Assembly (NCBI GenBank): GCA_964016885.1
Contig: OZ024743.1
Span: forward strand, 41,850,001-41,914,000
DNA from: Eledone cirrhosa
Lineage: Eukaryota
DNA length: 64,000 nt
Direction: 5' to 3'
Made by a program: the position numbers and the translations under genes. How positions within the stretch are numbered: position 1 is the first letter of the stretch; each line of letters starts with the position of its first letter. This document shows, piece by piece, positions 43,410 through 58,080 of this stretch. The notes beneath the pieces are model-generated. The model was not told the DNA's origin. It was given only the letters and a program-made list of their open reading frames with translations, and did not search any database.

Positions 43410-46130
43410 CATAAAAAAACTAAACATTACTGATCTAAATCATCTCTATTATGCATCGGCTAAAGTCACCACTCGCTTATGTGGAGTGAAAATAAAAAAA
43501 TAACAAAGGAATTCCCGCAAGAAACCTTGGCTAGAGAACATCAATCGCCAAACAAAAGTTATCCGATCTGACATAGAAATGTTAAACTACGAAGTAGGTG
43601 AACATGTTAAACTAACTAAAATTAGAAAATTGAAAAGAAAATACAGTATAAAATCAACAAGTGACATAGACATGCTGATAGAAATAATCAAGCAAAAAGT
43701 GTCAGCCAAAGCTTGCTCGTATAAGGCGCTTTGAAAAACGATCTAGATTCTATAAGGACAATAATATGTTCAAAAACAGAAAAATTGGCAAGTCAACAAT
43801 AACTGCTAAATCAATACCAACAATAACTGCTAAATCAATACCACCCAAGGAGGAAGTACAAGGATTCTGGGAAAAGATCTGGGCCGAAGAAACAGTTTAT
43901 AATATACGTGCCCCATGGATATACAGACACATGAAAGATACAGCTCACCTTGAGGAACAAACATGGGAATATATAACAGTTGAACAATTGCGTTTAGCTC
44001 TTAGAAAAACCAGCAAATGGAAATACCCAAGGAAAGAAAAACTACCAAATTTTTGGAAAATTGCCTTCACAAAGTCTCATGAGCTGTTAGCCCAACTTTA
44101 CAATGAAATGGTTGTGGAGCGAGAAAAGATACCATCATGTCTAGTTAACGGTATTACATTACTACATCCGAAGAATGATGAGACAAACAATCCCCAAAAT
44201 TACAGACCGATAACTTGCTTGACCACAATGTATAAAATGTTAACATCAGTTCTAACTGAATATACATATCATCACCTGATAACAAATGATCTATTTCCCA
44301 TTGAGCCGAAAGGGTGTAAACGAGACTCATATGGCTGTAAATGTCAGCTTTTGGTTAACAAAATAATACTTGTTTCTACTTTTAGGCACAAGGCCAGCAA
44401 TTACCCAGTGCATTACTGGTACTTTATTTTATCGACCCCGTAAGGATGAAAGGCAAAGTCAACCTCGGCGGGATTTGAACTCAGATCGTAAAGGGACGTA
44501 ACTATGCTTGAAAGCATGGCGTCCGACCCTCTACCGATACTGCCAAAATACTGGAAGATTGTCATAATAAACAAAAAAATATATCAATTGCTTGGATAGA
44601 TTACAAAAAAGCATTCGATAGTTAGCCACACAGTTGGATTGAAAAATGTTTTGAGATTTTCAAAATATCTCCCGTTTTCAGGAGGTTCCTGTGATTCAGT
44701 ATGAAGTCATGGAAAACGACACTCCTTTTGAATAGTGTAAAAGAATCACTGGAAGCTGGAGAAGTTAATATTAATTGTTGAATTTTTCAGGGAGACTCTT
44801 TATCACCGCTTTTATTCTGCATCGCGCTTATACCATTAAGTAAAATACTCAATGAAACAAAAACATGGATGTAAAGTCTATGACAAAACCATTAATCACT
44901 TGTTCTACATGATGGCCTGAAACTATTTGCAAAAAATGATGAGCAATTGCAAGGGCTATTATCCACTGTGAAGCAGTTCAATGATGACATTAAAATGGAG
45001 TTTGGACTAGATAAATGCGCTAAAGCCACGTTCACCAGAGGACAGCTGCTGAAAATACAGACATTAATCTTGATCGGGGGAATGTGATGAGAGAACTTGA
45101 TCGAGAGGAAACTTACAAATATCTAGGTGTTTGTGAAGGAGACGGAATCAAGCATTCGACAATGAGGGAAATGATAAGGAAGGAATGTTACCGCAGAGTA
45201 GGAGAAATCTTAAGAACGGAATTGAATGCAAGGAACAGGATCGATGCCATAAACACGTTTGCCATACCAGTATTTACCCACAATTATAATGTCATCAACT
45301 GGTCAAGCACAGAGATCCGTAGGCTCGATACAAAAATTAGAAAATTCTAAACCATGCACAGAATGCATCACCCTAAGGCAGATACAAATAGAATATATCT
45401 CCCTAGGAAAGAAGGAGGACGTGGTTTAATCCAGTTAGATATTGCGTTGAAAACTGCAAGAATTGGATTATCTACATATCTAAGGGAATCACATGATTGG
45501 ATGATCAAACTCGTTTTGAAACACGAAAGCATCAGAAGATCATACTCCATTACAAAAGAGTCACCAAGATACAGTAATGATCTACACATTTCAGAAGTTC
45601 CATTTACGGCTGAAATGAAAAACACAGAAAAAGCAAAGCAGGTAAAAGTAACTGAAAAGAAAGAACTGTTACAGAAACTGGCTAAGAAATGCCAAGAAAA
45701 GCCTCTGTATGGAAAATACCCAGAAAGAGCTAACAATCCTGATGTTGACAAAACTTTAATCCATCAGTGGTTGGCATCCTCTGGACTGAAATCGGAGACT
45801 GAAGGACTGATTATATCAGCACAAGATCAGTGTCTGCCAACAAAAAATTACCAAGCCAACATAATAAAAAAGGGATGCAACCCATTATGCCATGTATGTA
45901 AAAAACAACCAGAGACCATTGATCATATAATTTCAATGTGCAGTACTGTAACTCCAACTGAATACCTAAACAGGCACGACAGAGCTGTACAATTGGATAA
46001 TGTGTAAGCATTTTGACCTGCCCCATCAAAAGAATTGGTGGGAGCATCAACCACCTCCCGTACTTGAAAAACATCACATCTCAATCTTGTGGAACTTTAG
46101 CATTCAAACAGCCCGAAAAATAGATGCAAA
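43410..46130 (+). mobile_element. Decayed R4/Dong-like non-LTR retrotransposon (RT plus CCHC), interrupted by a SINE and cut by the Tx1-like element
   Basis: NYRPITCLTTMYK, IAWIDYKKAFDS, IFQGDSLSPLLFC, MEFGLDKCA, YKYLG, RIYLPRKEGGRGL, LKSETEGLIISAQDQ, CHVC..PETIDHIISMC. Starts after (AAT)n. Confidence 0.9.
44370..44545 (-). mobile_element. tRNA-derived SINE inserted in the R4/Dong RT
   Basis: Flanked by direct repeat aatact; removing it restores NKIILEDC. Confidence 0.92.
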
Positions 46131-49100
46131 GTGGGTTTTGGACGTGTAAACGGGTTATAACAAAATCGGGCTTCAAATCCAAAAAAATTCAAACAACAAA
46201 TATCCCAAGAAGGGGGAAAACTCCGACGGTCACTCGTTGTGAAAACCACTCAAAAGACCACGGCCACTCTGACCAGGGAAAGCGCCCTCTCTCAATTTTC
46301 CCACTCCTCAGTCTACAGGCGTATACTCAGATCGGGCCCGTTCACACGGACCAGACTGGCCACTTTCACCCACCTTTCAACAAACTTGCTAGAAGACAGC
46401 ACTTGCCTCTCCATCTTGATTTTCCTCTTCAAGTGAATCTTGAAAAAGTTAATCAGGGATTGGCCGGAGAGGAAAGTGTCCGATTGTCTTCAACCCTTTC
46501 AAAGTTGTCCGCCACACAAACTCTTTCGTCATGGCCACCATGCAAATGAAAACTGGCTGACCTTTCGCCTCTTTAAAGGAGGATGGCGGCGCTATCTGCA
46601 CAATGGACTCAGTCGATAACCGGATCCGTCCTACACGCGACAGCAGATGTTCCACATAGCTCTACAAGTCAGCAATCCTCGGGTACTGAACGAGTGCGTG
46701 CAGGACGGGTTCGTCGCTCTGCACGCATCACGGGCAGGCTCGGCTGACAGCACCTCCGTGCCTGTAGAGCTTAACCCGAACCGGCAACGCTCCACAGTAG
46801 CACTGCCAGGCCAGAGATTGCTGGAAGTTGTCCATAGGCCCCGGTCTGAAAGTTCTCTTGAAGAGAACCAACAGCTGATCGTCTTCGACGCCCAGGGTCT
46901 CCCCGAGAACGTTTTCACTCTTTCCCTCCATCAGCGCTCTATAGAACGCCGAGGTGGATGTTCCACCGATACTAGTGCCCAGCCGGTAGAGGGCGGTGAG
47001 CGCTTGGAGATATTCCAGCTTCCAAGCGCTATCTCTCAGTCTTTTCCTGATCCTGGACTGCAGCTCCGTCAAGGAGACGAGCTGGGGAAAAGCGCGTATG
47101 GCAAACGGTGTCCACACCTATTCACTGTCAAGCAAGCACCAGAGATATCGCAGCCTCAGCGCACGTTTTTGCATCATCAGCCACGGCATGCCTATCCCTC
47201 CACGCAACGGGTGTTGACAGCAAATGGATCGTCTGACTATGGGAGCACGTCCATTCCACAAAAAGCGGAAGAGAAGGCGCTCCATGTTGGTCAGGTCAGA
47301 GTTGGGCGGGGGAGAGGTACGACGGTCAGGCGGCAGCAGATGACGGACGCTATGTATGCATTCGCCACCTCCGCCCAACCTTTCAGAGACAGCCTCCTCT
47401 CGGCCCATTTCTGGCTGAGAGAGCCTACCCTGCTCGTCACCTCGCTCCAATGTATTTCCATCAGGACGTCCGAACCGAACCAGTCCCCTATCAATTTAAC
47501 CGGTCCTTCCGTCCAACGCCCACCGACGCTATCAGGACGGCATGGACTTGCCTCTCCAGGTGCCGAGTTGCAAGCCCATCGACTTTTCCTGGTTTATCTT
47601 TGCTCCTGTCACCGCTTTGTATTCCTTGAGAGCAGTGCTGAGAATCTGGACGTGTTTGGTGCTCGACACCACCACGGTGACGTCCTCGGCGTAAGCTGAC
47701 ACGGAACTCCTGCATCCCAGTTCGCGTGAGACCCTCTCATCGTCTCCCAATTTGTGTAGTAAAGGCTCTAGGCCAGTACGTACAAGAGGGACGAGAGGAG
47801 GAAACTCTTGTGGACCGAGCGCATGATGCTGAAAGGCTGCGACAGGTGACCATTTACCATCACAATCGAGAAGATGTGGCTGTGCATCGCAGCGATCCAG
47901 TCCCTAAAAACGGGCTCGAGGCCGGCCGCCTCAAGGATCCCAGCCAGGTACCGATGGTCGACCCTATCAAGTGCTTTCGATTGACCAAATTTGATCAGGC
48001 CTCCACCCGTGCCAGGTTCCTTAACCACCCTTTCTATGATGTATCGTATGAGATGTGGTTGTCGTGGATGGATCTGACTGGAATGGTGCATGTCAGCGCC
48101 TCTCCCACCAGATCACCGACGACAAGCGCCATGGCTAACACCATGGCCAAAATCTTAAACTCTGCGTTTAGCAGAGTTATCGGCTTGAAAGTGTCTATAA
48201 CGTCCCCCTTGTTCGGGTTTTTTCTCAGCAGCGCCACCGCTCCCCGGATCACAAAACTGGGAAGCTCCAGTTCTGCTACCAGTTGCTGCAGACATCTGCC
48301 TAGAGGTCCCTGAAAAAGTCTGGCATATACGCATACAACTCGTAGGGCAGACCATCCAAACCTGGCGATTTAACCCTCGTGCAGTCTGACATCGCTTCCC
48401 GTGTTTCACCTGCTGTTATTGGCTTTTCGTAGCACTACGCTGCGGTTGTCGAGAGCCGCTGCAGTTCGTCGAGGTATGCACCGAAGTCCAAACTCCGATC
48501 CGGCCCTCCGCCGCTCCCAAACAATTGAGCAAAATGCTTTTGAAAAGCCGCACACATCTGCTCGGGTTCGAGCAGGCAAAGACCGAAATGTGGATTTGTT
48601 TCCCCCTCGCGCCTTCCCCACTCGGGCCCATTGAACGGGTTTCGTCCCCTCATGTCTTAGAGCACGCGCTCTAGCTCCGACAACGCAGCCTTCATTCTTT
48701 GCGCTGAAGAATTGATCTGGTGTCAATCTCTCCGCAAGCACGTCGGTTGCGATGTCTGTCTTAAACGCCTCTTCTAGCTTTCTAACTGACTCTCCCTCTA
48801 CTCTATTTTCCTCTATTACTACTCCTTTACTAAAACTTATCGATTCTACTCTAATAGCCATTTTTACCACCTGTTGTTGACGATGGCACCCGTAAACGCA
48901 CGCTTAACTAATTCGCTAATCCAGTCTCTGTAAGCTTTGTGCGCCGAGAACGACGCGTTCAGCTTCCAGTACCCGGGCCCTTGCCTATGGAGTCTATCTA
49001 TGTCATCTTCACAGATCATAAATTTGTGGTCCGTGTAGTTGACTACTTTAAATTGTGGACAACCTACACTAGCCTTATCTGTTTCCCTACAGAATACCCT

Positions 49101-51919
49101 ATCTAAATACGATCTGGATGACCCGATGCGGTTTGCCCATGTCCAAATTGGCGCATTCGGATAATCCAGTCTATATCTTTCAGACAGTTCAAAACGTCTG
49201 AGCAGGTTGTTGAGGCTTTTACACCCTCCTGCCCTGTCTACTAACCCCTCATAATACCAGCGTTCTTCTAAAATACCGTTCCAGTCGCCTAGTAACACTA
49301 AAGAGCGGGACGTTCCAAGAAAGGTCTCTAGGGGTCTAAAAAAATCTGTCCGTCCAGCCCCTGGTAGGGCGTAGACGGCTACTAGCCTGAAAGCATTGCC
49401 TTCGCTGCCGGTCACGTCCAGTACCACTGACTTACCTTCTTGGTCCAGGAAGATGGCCCGTGTGGCGAGATCCAAGCCTCTCCGAAAAAGCACGGCAACT
49501 CCTCCGCCGATCCTGGACGGTTGGGAGATGCGTATACATCGTAGCCGCCGAAGATCGGTGCGAAGGCTCGTGCTTCGGAGATTCTGTTCTCGCTGATGGC
49601 CACCACATCTATATTTAGTGATCTGAGGTCGTTGAGCATGTGACCCTGCTTCTAAGATGACCCTAGGCCACATACATTTATACTGCCTATTCTAAGTACG
49701 GCCATGTTGGATGAGAAGCGGGGTAATTGAGAAGGCTCACTTACCTTGATGGTGTGGTGAAGGGGCAGTAGAACTCTCACTTTGGCTGGTCATGGGTGTT
49801 TCCAAAAGGACGTCGGTGTATATCCTCTTGGTAACCGAACCTTGAAATCTCCAACTGCGTTGCGGAATTTTTGTTTTAAACGTTTGTAATGTTCTATTTT
49901 GATTTCAATGATATTTATGTTTGTCGGGATAGTTCTTGGTGTTGGTGGTGTGTTGTAGTTTTTTTCTGTGATGTCTGTGTGCTGCTTTATATGTTGTAAG
50001 AGTTCTTTATTTGCCATGTTTATGGCTGTGTACTCTTTGGGGGGAGGGGATATTGTGTTGCTGTTTTCTTGTTGTTGCTGTTGGGCGTGTTTGTTTTGTT
50101 GTGTTTGCGATGTTGGTGTTTTTTGGTGATGCTGGTGGTGATGATTGTGGTGGTGGTGGTGTTGGTGGTGGTGGTGTTGCTGCAAGTTTCCATTAGCCTT
50201 TACCCCGCTTTGTCTGCCTTCGCTTGTGGAAGGTGAAGCTAAGGGTTTTTTCCTTTTTTTATTTTTTGCGGCAGACCGTTTGCCACTTCCCTCCCGCCTC
50301 ATACTCCATGTCAGATTCCATGGCGTCTGGGAGGGGTATGAGCTCTACTGCTGTTGGTGGTTGTAATGGAGCCTGCTCGGCGATTTTGCCGCCTGTGTAG
50401 CTACTGCCACTGTTTGTGTTGCCGCCACTCTTGCCGCTGCTTTAGTTGTCCGTGGCCTTGGAATGGGTGCCACGGACGTTACCCTCCTACTCACCATGGA
50501 AGGGTCTTCTTCCTCTGTTGCCTGCCCTGCTCTTGGTAGCAGCGGATCAGGCTTCGGGGGGAGGGGGTCTCTTCTTGGCTGTCTTCTGCGGGCAGAAGGC
50601 CCTGAGGTGACACTTTTGCCCACAGAGATAGCACTTTGGGTGCCTTCTTCCACGCTTATAGGGAGTTGGAGCCCTTCTTCGAGGTCTATGATGCCATAGA
50701 TGGCCTCGATGCATTCCTGGTCACTCTGTATTAGCATTTGCATGCCAACACCTGACCAGTTCTCTCTTCCCATTCTCTGTATTTGCAGTATGGTGGTCTT
50801 CAACTCGACTCCAGCCAGTAGAAACGCGGCCAGCCAAGTTATGGGCACGTCGGGCGGGACCTAGGTCACTTTAACCCTCACAATTTTCTGCCCGCAGTAG
50901 GAGGGCAGCAAGACTATCTCCCCACTCTTTAGGGTTTCCAATGAGTGAGACTTCACCTTTTGGGGGTGGCGAAATACGTCTAATGTGGCGTACATTTTGC
51001 CTCGGGTGATGTGGGTTTTGCGCGCCCAGACGCACCCCAAGGCCTTTTGGATTTGAGCCTCCGTGGCTATATACCACCCAATGGGACATTTTGCTTACAG
51101 TGCGGTAAGTTACCGTGCGCAGCTGCTGGTCTTTGAAGAAATCGGGTGGAGATTTCAGGGAAAATCTATTGTCGTTTCCCGACACCATTGCTCTTGCGAC
51201 TGCCATCTCCTCCTCCGTGACTAGCACTGTCTCTATATTTCGGGCCACACCTGCGAAAGGAGTGACCCCTTTTTCAGCGGTACCTTTATTGCTGCCGCTA
51301 TAGCTGCTACTGGTCTTGTTTTTGTTGCTGTTGCTACTACTACAAACGGCGTTGTTGGTGTTGTTGATGTTATCACTGTTGTAGTTGGTTGGGTTTTTGG
51401 TGCCACCGTTGTTATTGTTTTCGGTGCAATTTGTATTGTTGCTGTTGGTGTTGTCGTTGTTTATTTTCTTGTTAGTGGTGTTAATATCGTCGTTGCATTT
51501 GTTGTCATTTTGTTTCTGTTGTCTGTATTTTGGTTGACGCTGTTACTGTTGTAGTTGCTGTGGTAATTATTTTTCAAAATTAGTGTTCTCAGTGTTGTTG
51601 TCTTTGTTTACGTTGTTTGTGGTGGTGTCTGTTGTATGAATTTCAGTAACTCTCTTCTCAACTTTTACGCCGTTGTCACGCGACAGCAAGCATATTGCGT
51701 GTCACAGCCATGTTTTTTAAAAATAATTTTCTTTCTTTTTTAAAAGTAACATGTTCAAATATTCGGGCCAAAAGGCCCGAATATTATACTTTCCCCTTCA
51801 CAGGGCAAAATCTAAGGGCTTATATCCCTTACACAACAAGAAATATTTAACAACAAATAATTTTAACAGGCAACTAAAGCGGCTTACTGGGAGCGAGCAA
51901 AAGACGTCCGATTAGACCA
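46131..51919 (-). mobile_element. Near full-length L1/Tx1-like LINE (ORF1 plus APE-RT ORF2), frameshifted
   Basis: APE: IGSINV.GL, DVVAISE, GGGVAVL, LVAVYA, LLGDWN, SYLDR, TDHK, GPGYWKLN. RT: FKPITLLNAEFKILA, QSKALDRVDH, AYAEDV, GAKINQEKS, LSLKG, GGIGMP. ORF1 fragments at 49790-51300 with Thr/Asn/His-rich low complexity. Confidence 0.92.
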
Positions 51920-51944
51920 ATAATAATAATAACAATAATAACAA

Positions 51945-52740
51945 GGAGGGACAGCAAACTTCATGAAAAATCCCTTCATAGCATCTTTAAGAAAACGGGA
52001 TTTAGAGATACATAGAGATGGAACTGGTTAAAAAGAGGAGACCTTAAAAAAGCTACAGAAGGAACGCTAACGGCTGCGCAGGACAAACCCTCAGAACGGA
52101 GTGGGTGAAACACCATATTGACAATGAGGAGGCTAGTTAATTGTGTAGGATCTGTAAAGAGAGAGGAGACTGGGGCTCACATTGTATCCGAGTGTAAACA
52201 CCTAGCCCAGACGTGATAGGCAGAGTGATCCACTGGCATCTATGCAAAGTAAACAACTTACCACATTGTGGTATGAGCATAAGTCAGAGTCGGTGATAGA
52301 AAACGATCAGGTAAAGGTGCTATGGGTTTTAGAACACAATATGCCTGGGCTCGTGGTTTTGGACAAGGAAAAAAGATCGTGCCTGATCGTAGATATAGCC
52401 TGCCCATTTTGCACGAGAATGTAAGAAAAGGAGAGGGAGAAAATTAAACGAGACCAGGATTTAAAGTCGGAGTTAAAACGGATTTGAACTGCCATGAAAT
52501 CAAGGTCATCCCGATTGTCAGAGGCGCACTAGGTACTATCTCAAACAGTTTCCAAGGATGATTAAAGAAAATTAGTCCAGCCCCGTTTTTTGGAACACTT
52601 CAAAAGGCATGCTTGCTGGGAACAGCAAGAACCCTCCGATACATCCTGAATATCTGAGGCTGCAGGTAGCGGCTGGATATCCATTTCAACAAAATTTCCA
52701 GTTAAAGAACATCAATGACTGAGACTCAAACGACAATAAT
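51945..52740 (+). mobile_element. Second R4/Dong-like 3' fragment (CCHC plus restriction-like endonuclease)
   Basis: LKKATEGTLTAAQD, CRIC..HIVSEC, WYEHKSESVIENDQVKVLW, PGLVVLDK..CLIVDIACP, VIPIV.GALG, LQKACLLGTARTLR. Bounded by (TAA)n on both sides. Confidence 0.88.
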
Positions 52741-52754
52741 AATAATAATAATAA

Positions 52755-53130
52755 TAATTGTTTCTACTTTTGGCACAAGGCCAGCAGTTACCCGTTACAT
52801 CACTGGTACTTTATTTTATCGATCCCGTAAGTATGAAAGGCAAAGTTAACCTCGTCGGGATTTGAACTCAGATCGTAAAGGGACGTAACTACGCTGGAAA
52901 GCATGTCCGACCCTCTACCGATACTGCCCATTCACCAATAATTTTTAGTAAAGGAACAAGGCCAGTAATTTGGGGGAGCAGAAAGTCGATTATATCGACT
53001 CCTGTAACTTAGTGGTGCTTTATTTTATCGACCTCATAAGGATGAAAGGCAAAGTTAACCCCGACTGGATTTGAACAGGGCCGAAAATCTATTATGTAAA
53101 GCATGGCGTCGGACCCTCTACTGGTACTGA
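52755..53130 (-). mobile_element. Two tandem SINE copies (52755-52937; 52950-53130 variant with longer 3' region)
   Basis: Same central domain; second copy has an extra aatttgggggag...gtcgattatatcgac segment. Confidence 0.85.
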
Positions 53131-53134
53131 GCTT

Positions 53135-53500
53135 GACCTGGTGGTTTCTGACAAGGAAAAAGATCGTGCCTGATTTAGCCAGCCCATTTAACACAAGAGT
53201 GCAAAATGAGAAGGAAGACATTATCCGATACCAGGATTTAAGTGGGAATTTAAAAGGATTTGGGACTGTCATGAGATCAAGGCCGTCCCGATTGTCACAG
53301 GAGCATCAAATATCAAATAGTTTTCAAGGATGGTTAAACAACATTAGTCCATTTGTTTAATCACTTCATAGGCATGCTTGCTGGAAACAACAAGAACCCT
53401 CCGATACGTCCTGAATATCTGACGCTCCAGGTAACGGTTTGATGTTCATTTGAACAAACTTTCCAGTTAAATAACATTAATGACTGAGATTCAAAGAAAA
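53135..53500 (+). mobile_element. Third R4/Dong-like 3' fragment
   Basis: Homologous to 52345-52735. Confidence 0.8.
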
Positions 53501-53557
53501 AAAAAATAATATTAATAATATTAATGTTATTTTCATTATATATGAATATATGCATAT

Positions 53558-53598
<41 letters not shown>

Positions 53599-53999
53599 CA
53601 TATATATATATATATATATCGGTGTTTAGATGTAAGTACTTCAGAATTTCCTATGCATAACATTAGCTAACGCATGTTTTATTAAAATATATTAATATAC
53701 AATACATACAGGGTTAGCGAATGGATAAAATATCGATCTCTTTCAATGATTCAGATGAGAATATTCAAAGGAATAGATATTGTACTTCAAAAAATCGAAG
53801 CTCTATATATTTTTGGTGCACATTTTATGAAAAATTCTAAATGTTTTTAAATATATTTAAAACTACATCAAAGAAAGAAGTGGAAAACATAAGCAGGTTG
53901 TAGAACAGTATTCATTTTATCATCAAATGTTGCATTGTAGTCTTCTATTTCTTGAGCCCACATATTCCTAGGAGAGTCTTGAGGGTAGAGTCAGCAAGC

Positions 54000-54950
54000 A
54001 GGTGTTTCATTGTGCCCTGTTAGAGTTAACTGTCTCCAATTGATTCAGCTGTATCCCAAAGTCCATGGATGTTACTCAATCTTCTTGGTTTTGCCCGTAA
54101 GTTTGGCGTTTCCACTTAGTTCTACTCTTCTGATGACTAAGTGGTAAAGCTAGTGTAGGAATGCACTAGCTTCCGCAAATCCTTCCCTTAATTCTTATTC
54201 TTACCTTTCATCACTTGGGAAAACGCCCCGAGAAACATGATTTCTCCACCTGCGTCAGTGAAACTCCACTCGTATGTAGAATGCACTGCGTTGGTTTCCT
54301 CGAGGTGGCGGTCTGTCAGCCAGCTCACCACAGAATGTCATTCTAGCCGGGCAACACTGGACATTAACCCTATCAATTTCATGTCAGAAATAACCATCTG
54401 ATGAGTTAAGTAGTACCATATCTTCTAGAAATTCCAACTGTCTGATCCTATATCCAACAATCTTAGTGCCACTTCCAAAACAGTTGCGCGTGTCACACCT
54501 GTTCATGAATATTCTGAACAGAAGTGTTGATAACACACACTCTGGCCGGTGATACACTTTAAATTGTTTCCACTTAGCACCAGTTATTCGGACACACATA
54601 CTAGGTCATACGTATGGAGACATGAGGGCTGCATTAATATCTCCATCGATCCCAAACTCCTGCAGAAGCTTCAACAACAGTTTCCGTGGAACGCAGTTGT
54701 ATATGTTTTCGAGGTCTAGGGAACCTGCATGCACATCATGGCAATACTCCTACGATTTCTCGATGACCACGATTTCTCGATGTAAAGTGAATATTTACTT
54801 GTCAGTGCTGCTTCCCAAGCGTAGCATCTATAGTCCAATCGTTGTCTATGCATGCTTAGGAGGGTCTTGGAAATCAAATCCTGACAAAAGGACGATGAAC
54901 TCAAGAGAGTCAATGGCTATCCAATATTGTATACATGTGACACAGATATA
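54000..54950 (-). mobile_element. Highly decayed RTE-like LINE fragment
   Basis: DLENIYNCVPRKLL..L..FGI, CVR......F.V....CVLSTLLF.IFM, I.QL.F.EDMVLL. Confidence 0.6.
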
Positions 54951-55792
54951 ACTGGCTGATATCCAGTGGGTGATAGCCTGACTTCATGGACAGAAAGAGC
55001 TCTTCAGTCTTGTTTAATAATCTTTCTAGAGAGGGTCTCTTAATAAAAATACTTGTTGGCAATAACCATAAAAACCAAGTGCCGGAAAAAACTTAAAACC
55101 CAACTACTTTTTAATGATTAATAAGAAACGATTATAGAAACTTGCCATGGGGCCGGAACCACTGATGGTAACATATAGGAGGGTACTCTTAGTTGATTTG
55201 TTGGGCACGGTAGGTTGGACGTGAACCAAGCAATACATTGTTCGGATCCTATATTGCAGACGTGAGTCGGTGGTCATTAAGCAACTGTATCTTACAAGTG
55301 AGTAAACCTATATACGCGCAAGAAGGGCGGATTCTGAAATAAGGTGAAATGACGGTGAAATTGGTCGAAGGATCAGAACAACATAGCTGTTAAATGTCAC
55401 ATAAGGATCAAAATGAATGGCAGGCGAGGGGAGGGTTCACGAGTGTTGAACGTATGGAGGGAGATTTATTGGAATTTATTGGAATAATATCATATTTATG
55501 ACCTTTAATCTTGATTCGTGTGAGGAAATGGGTTTACAGCTTTGCAACAAGATTTTTCCGTACGGAAACTAAATTCTGTGAATTGTACTTTATGTTGTTA
55601 CTTAAGACAATATTTAAACCATATTGGAAAGCAATATATGATCCAAATGATTTGGCTGCCTTCTTGGAGATAATATCATCATATATAAATCCGGTAGATA
55701 TTTAAACTCGGAAAAATGTAGATAAATGTAGAAATTTCAAACTTAAATGCTTGAATTCGATAGTCTCCCATTGTTTTAATATATAGTAAAAT

Positions 55793-55850
55793 AATTGTTT
55801 CTACTTTTTGGCACAAGGCCAGCAATTACCCAGTACATTACTGGTACTTT
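55793..55850 (-). mobile_element. SINE 3' stub
   Basis: ttgtttctact...ggcacaaggccagcaattacccagtacattactggtacttt, flanked by the direct repeat tttaatatatagtaaaataat. Confidence 0.85.
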
Positions 55851-56739
55851 AATATATAGTAAAATAATGATCTGAGTCACTTTCAAGTTTATAAATTTAC
55901 TATGTATGGAATATCAATAAACGAATTTCATATTAATGTGGAAGTACAACAAACAACACATCCAGTAAAATTATTCACTCTGACATAAAATTTGGCTCAT
56001 TGATTGACATTTTATAGACTCTAGGATTCTGTTTCGTTTCAGTTAAATTACCCGTTACTATTTTTTCTACTCTTTATAAAAGCTATTCTTTGTTGGTCTA
56101 TAATTATACTGTATACATGAATATTGTGTATCGCATAGTAAAGTACAAACATATTTTATAGATAAATTTGGTCAGTAATCCTCATACCGCCTCACACACA
56201 CGTCATATCCGTCACATCGTTGTTTGGCAAAAGACCGACCGTTCGCATTGCGTAAAATATGTTTGTATTTTTATCCGTGTTTATCCAAATTAATGTACTT
56301 TTCTTCTATATTTCTATTTCAGTTTGATTATATGCTACTTGGCTAAACATTCGACTATATCTGTTTTCAAAATATTTCTTCATGATATATTCTTAATCTT
56401 CTTCTATCATCTTTGCATCTACTCAAAGTAAACGAGGTCATTGATTTTGCTGAATGATGATGCTAAACAACGTGCTTTATTGCTATTGTATTGCAATATA
56501 TTACTCCATTCAACGATGTCGGCCGTTCCTCTCTCCTTCTCGCTCTCTCCCTCTCTCGCTCGCTTTATCTCTCTCTGCGAATATTTCAATTGTATATAAC
56601 CAGCTGTCAATAAACAGTAGCATGAAAGCCGTGGAAAATATCGTGTTTTTCTTATATTGTTTATGGTGTATATAAAATATCCATGTGCCAGCGGGAAAAA
56701 AATGGTTAAACCTAAAAGAACAGATGAAAAAATGCATAT

Positions 56740-58080
<1,341 letters not shown>

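Noticed and set aside
46647-47699. 350-aa + strand ORF
   Set aside because: Antisense shadow of the GC-rich Tx1-like ORF2; no independent motifs.
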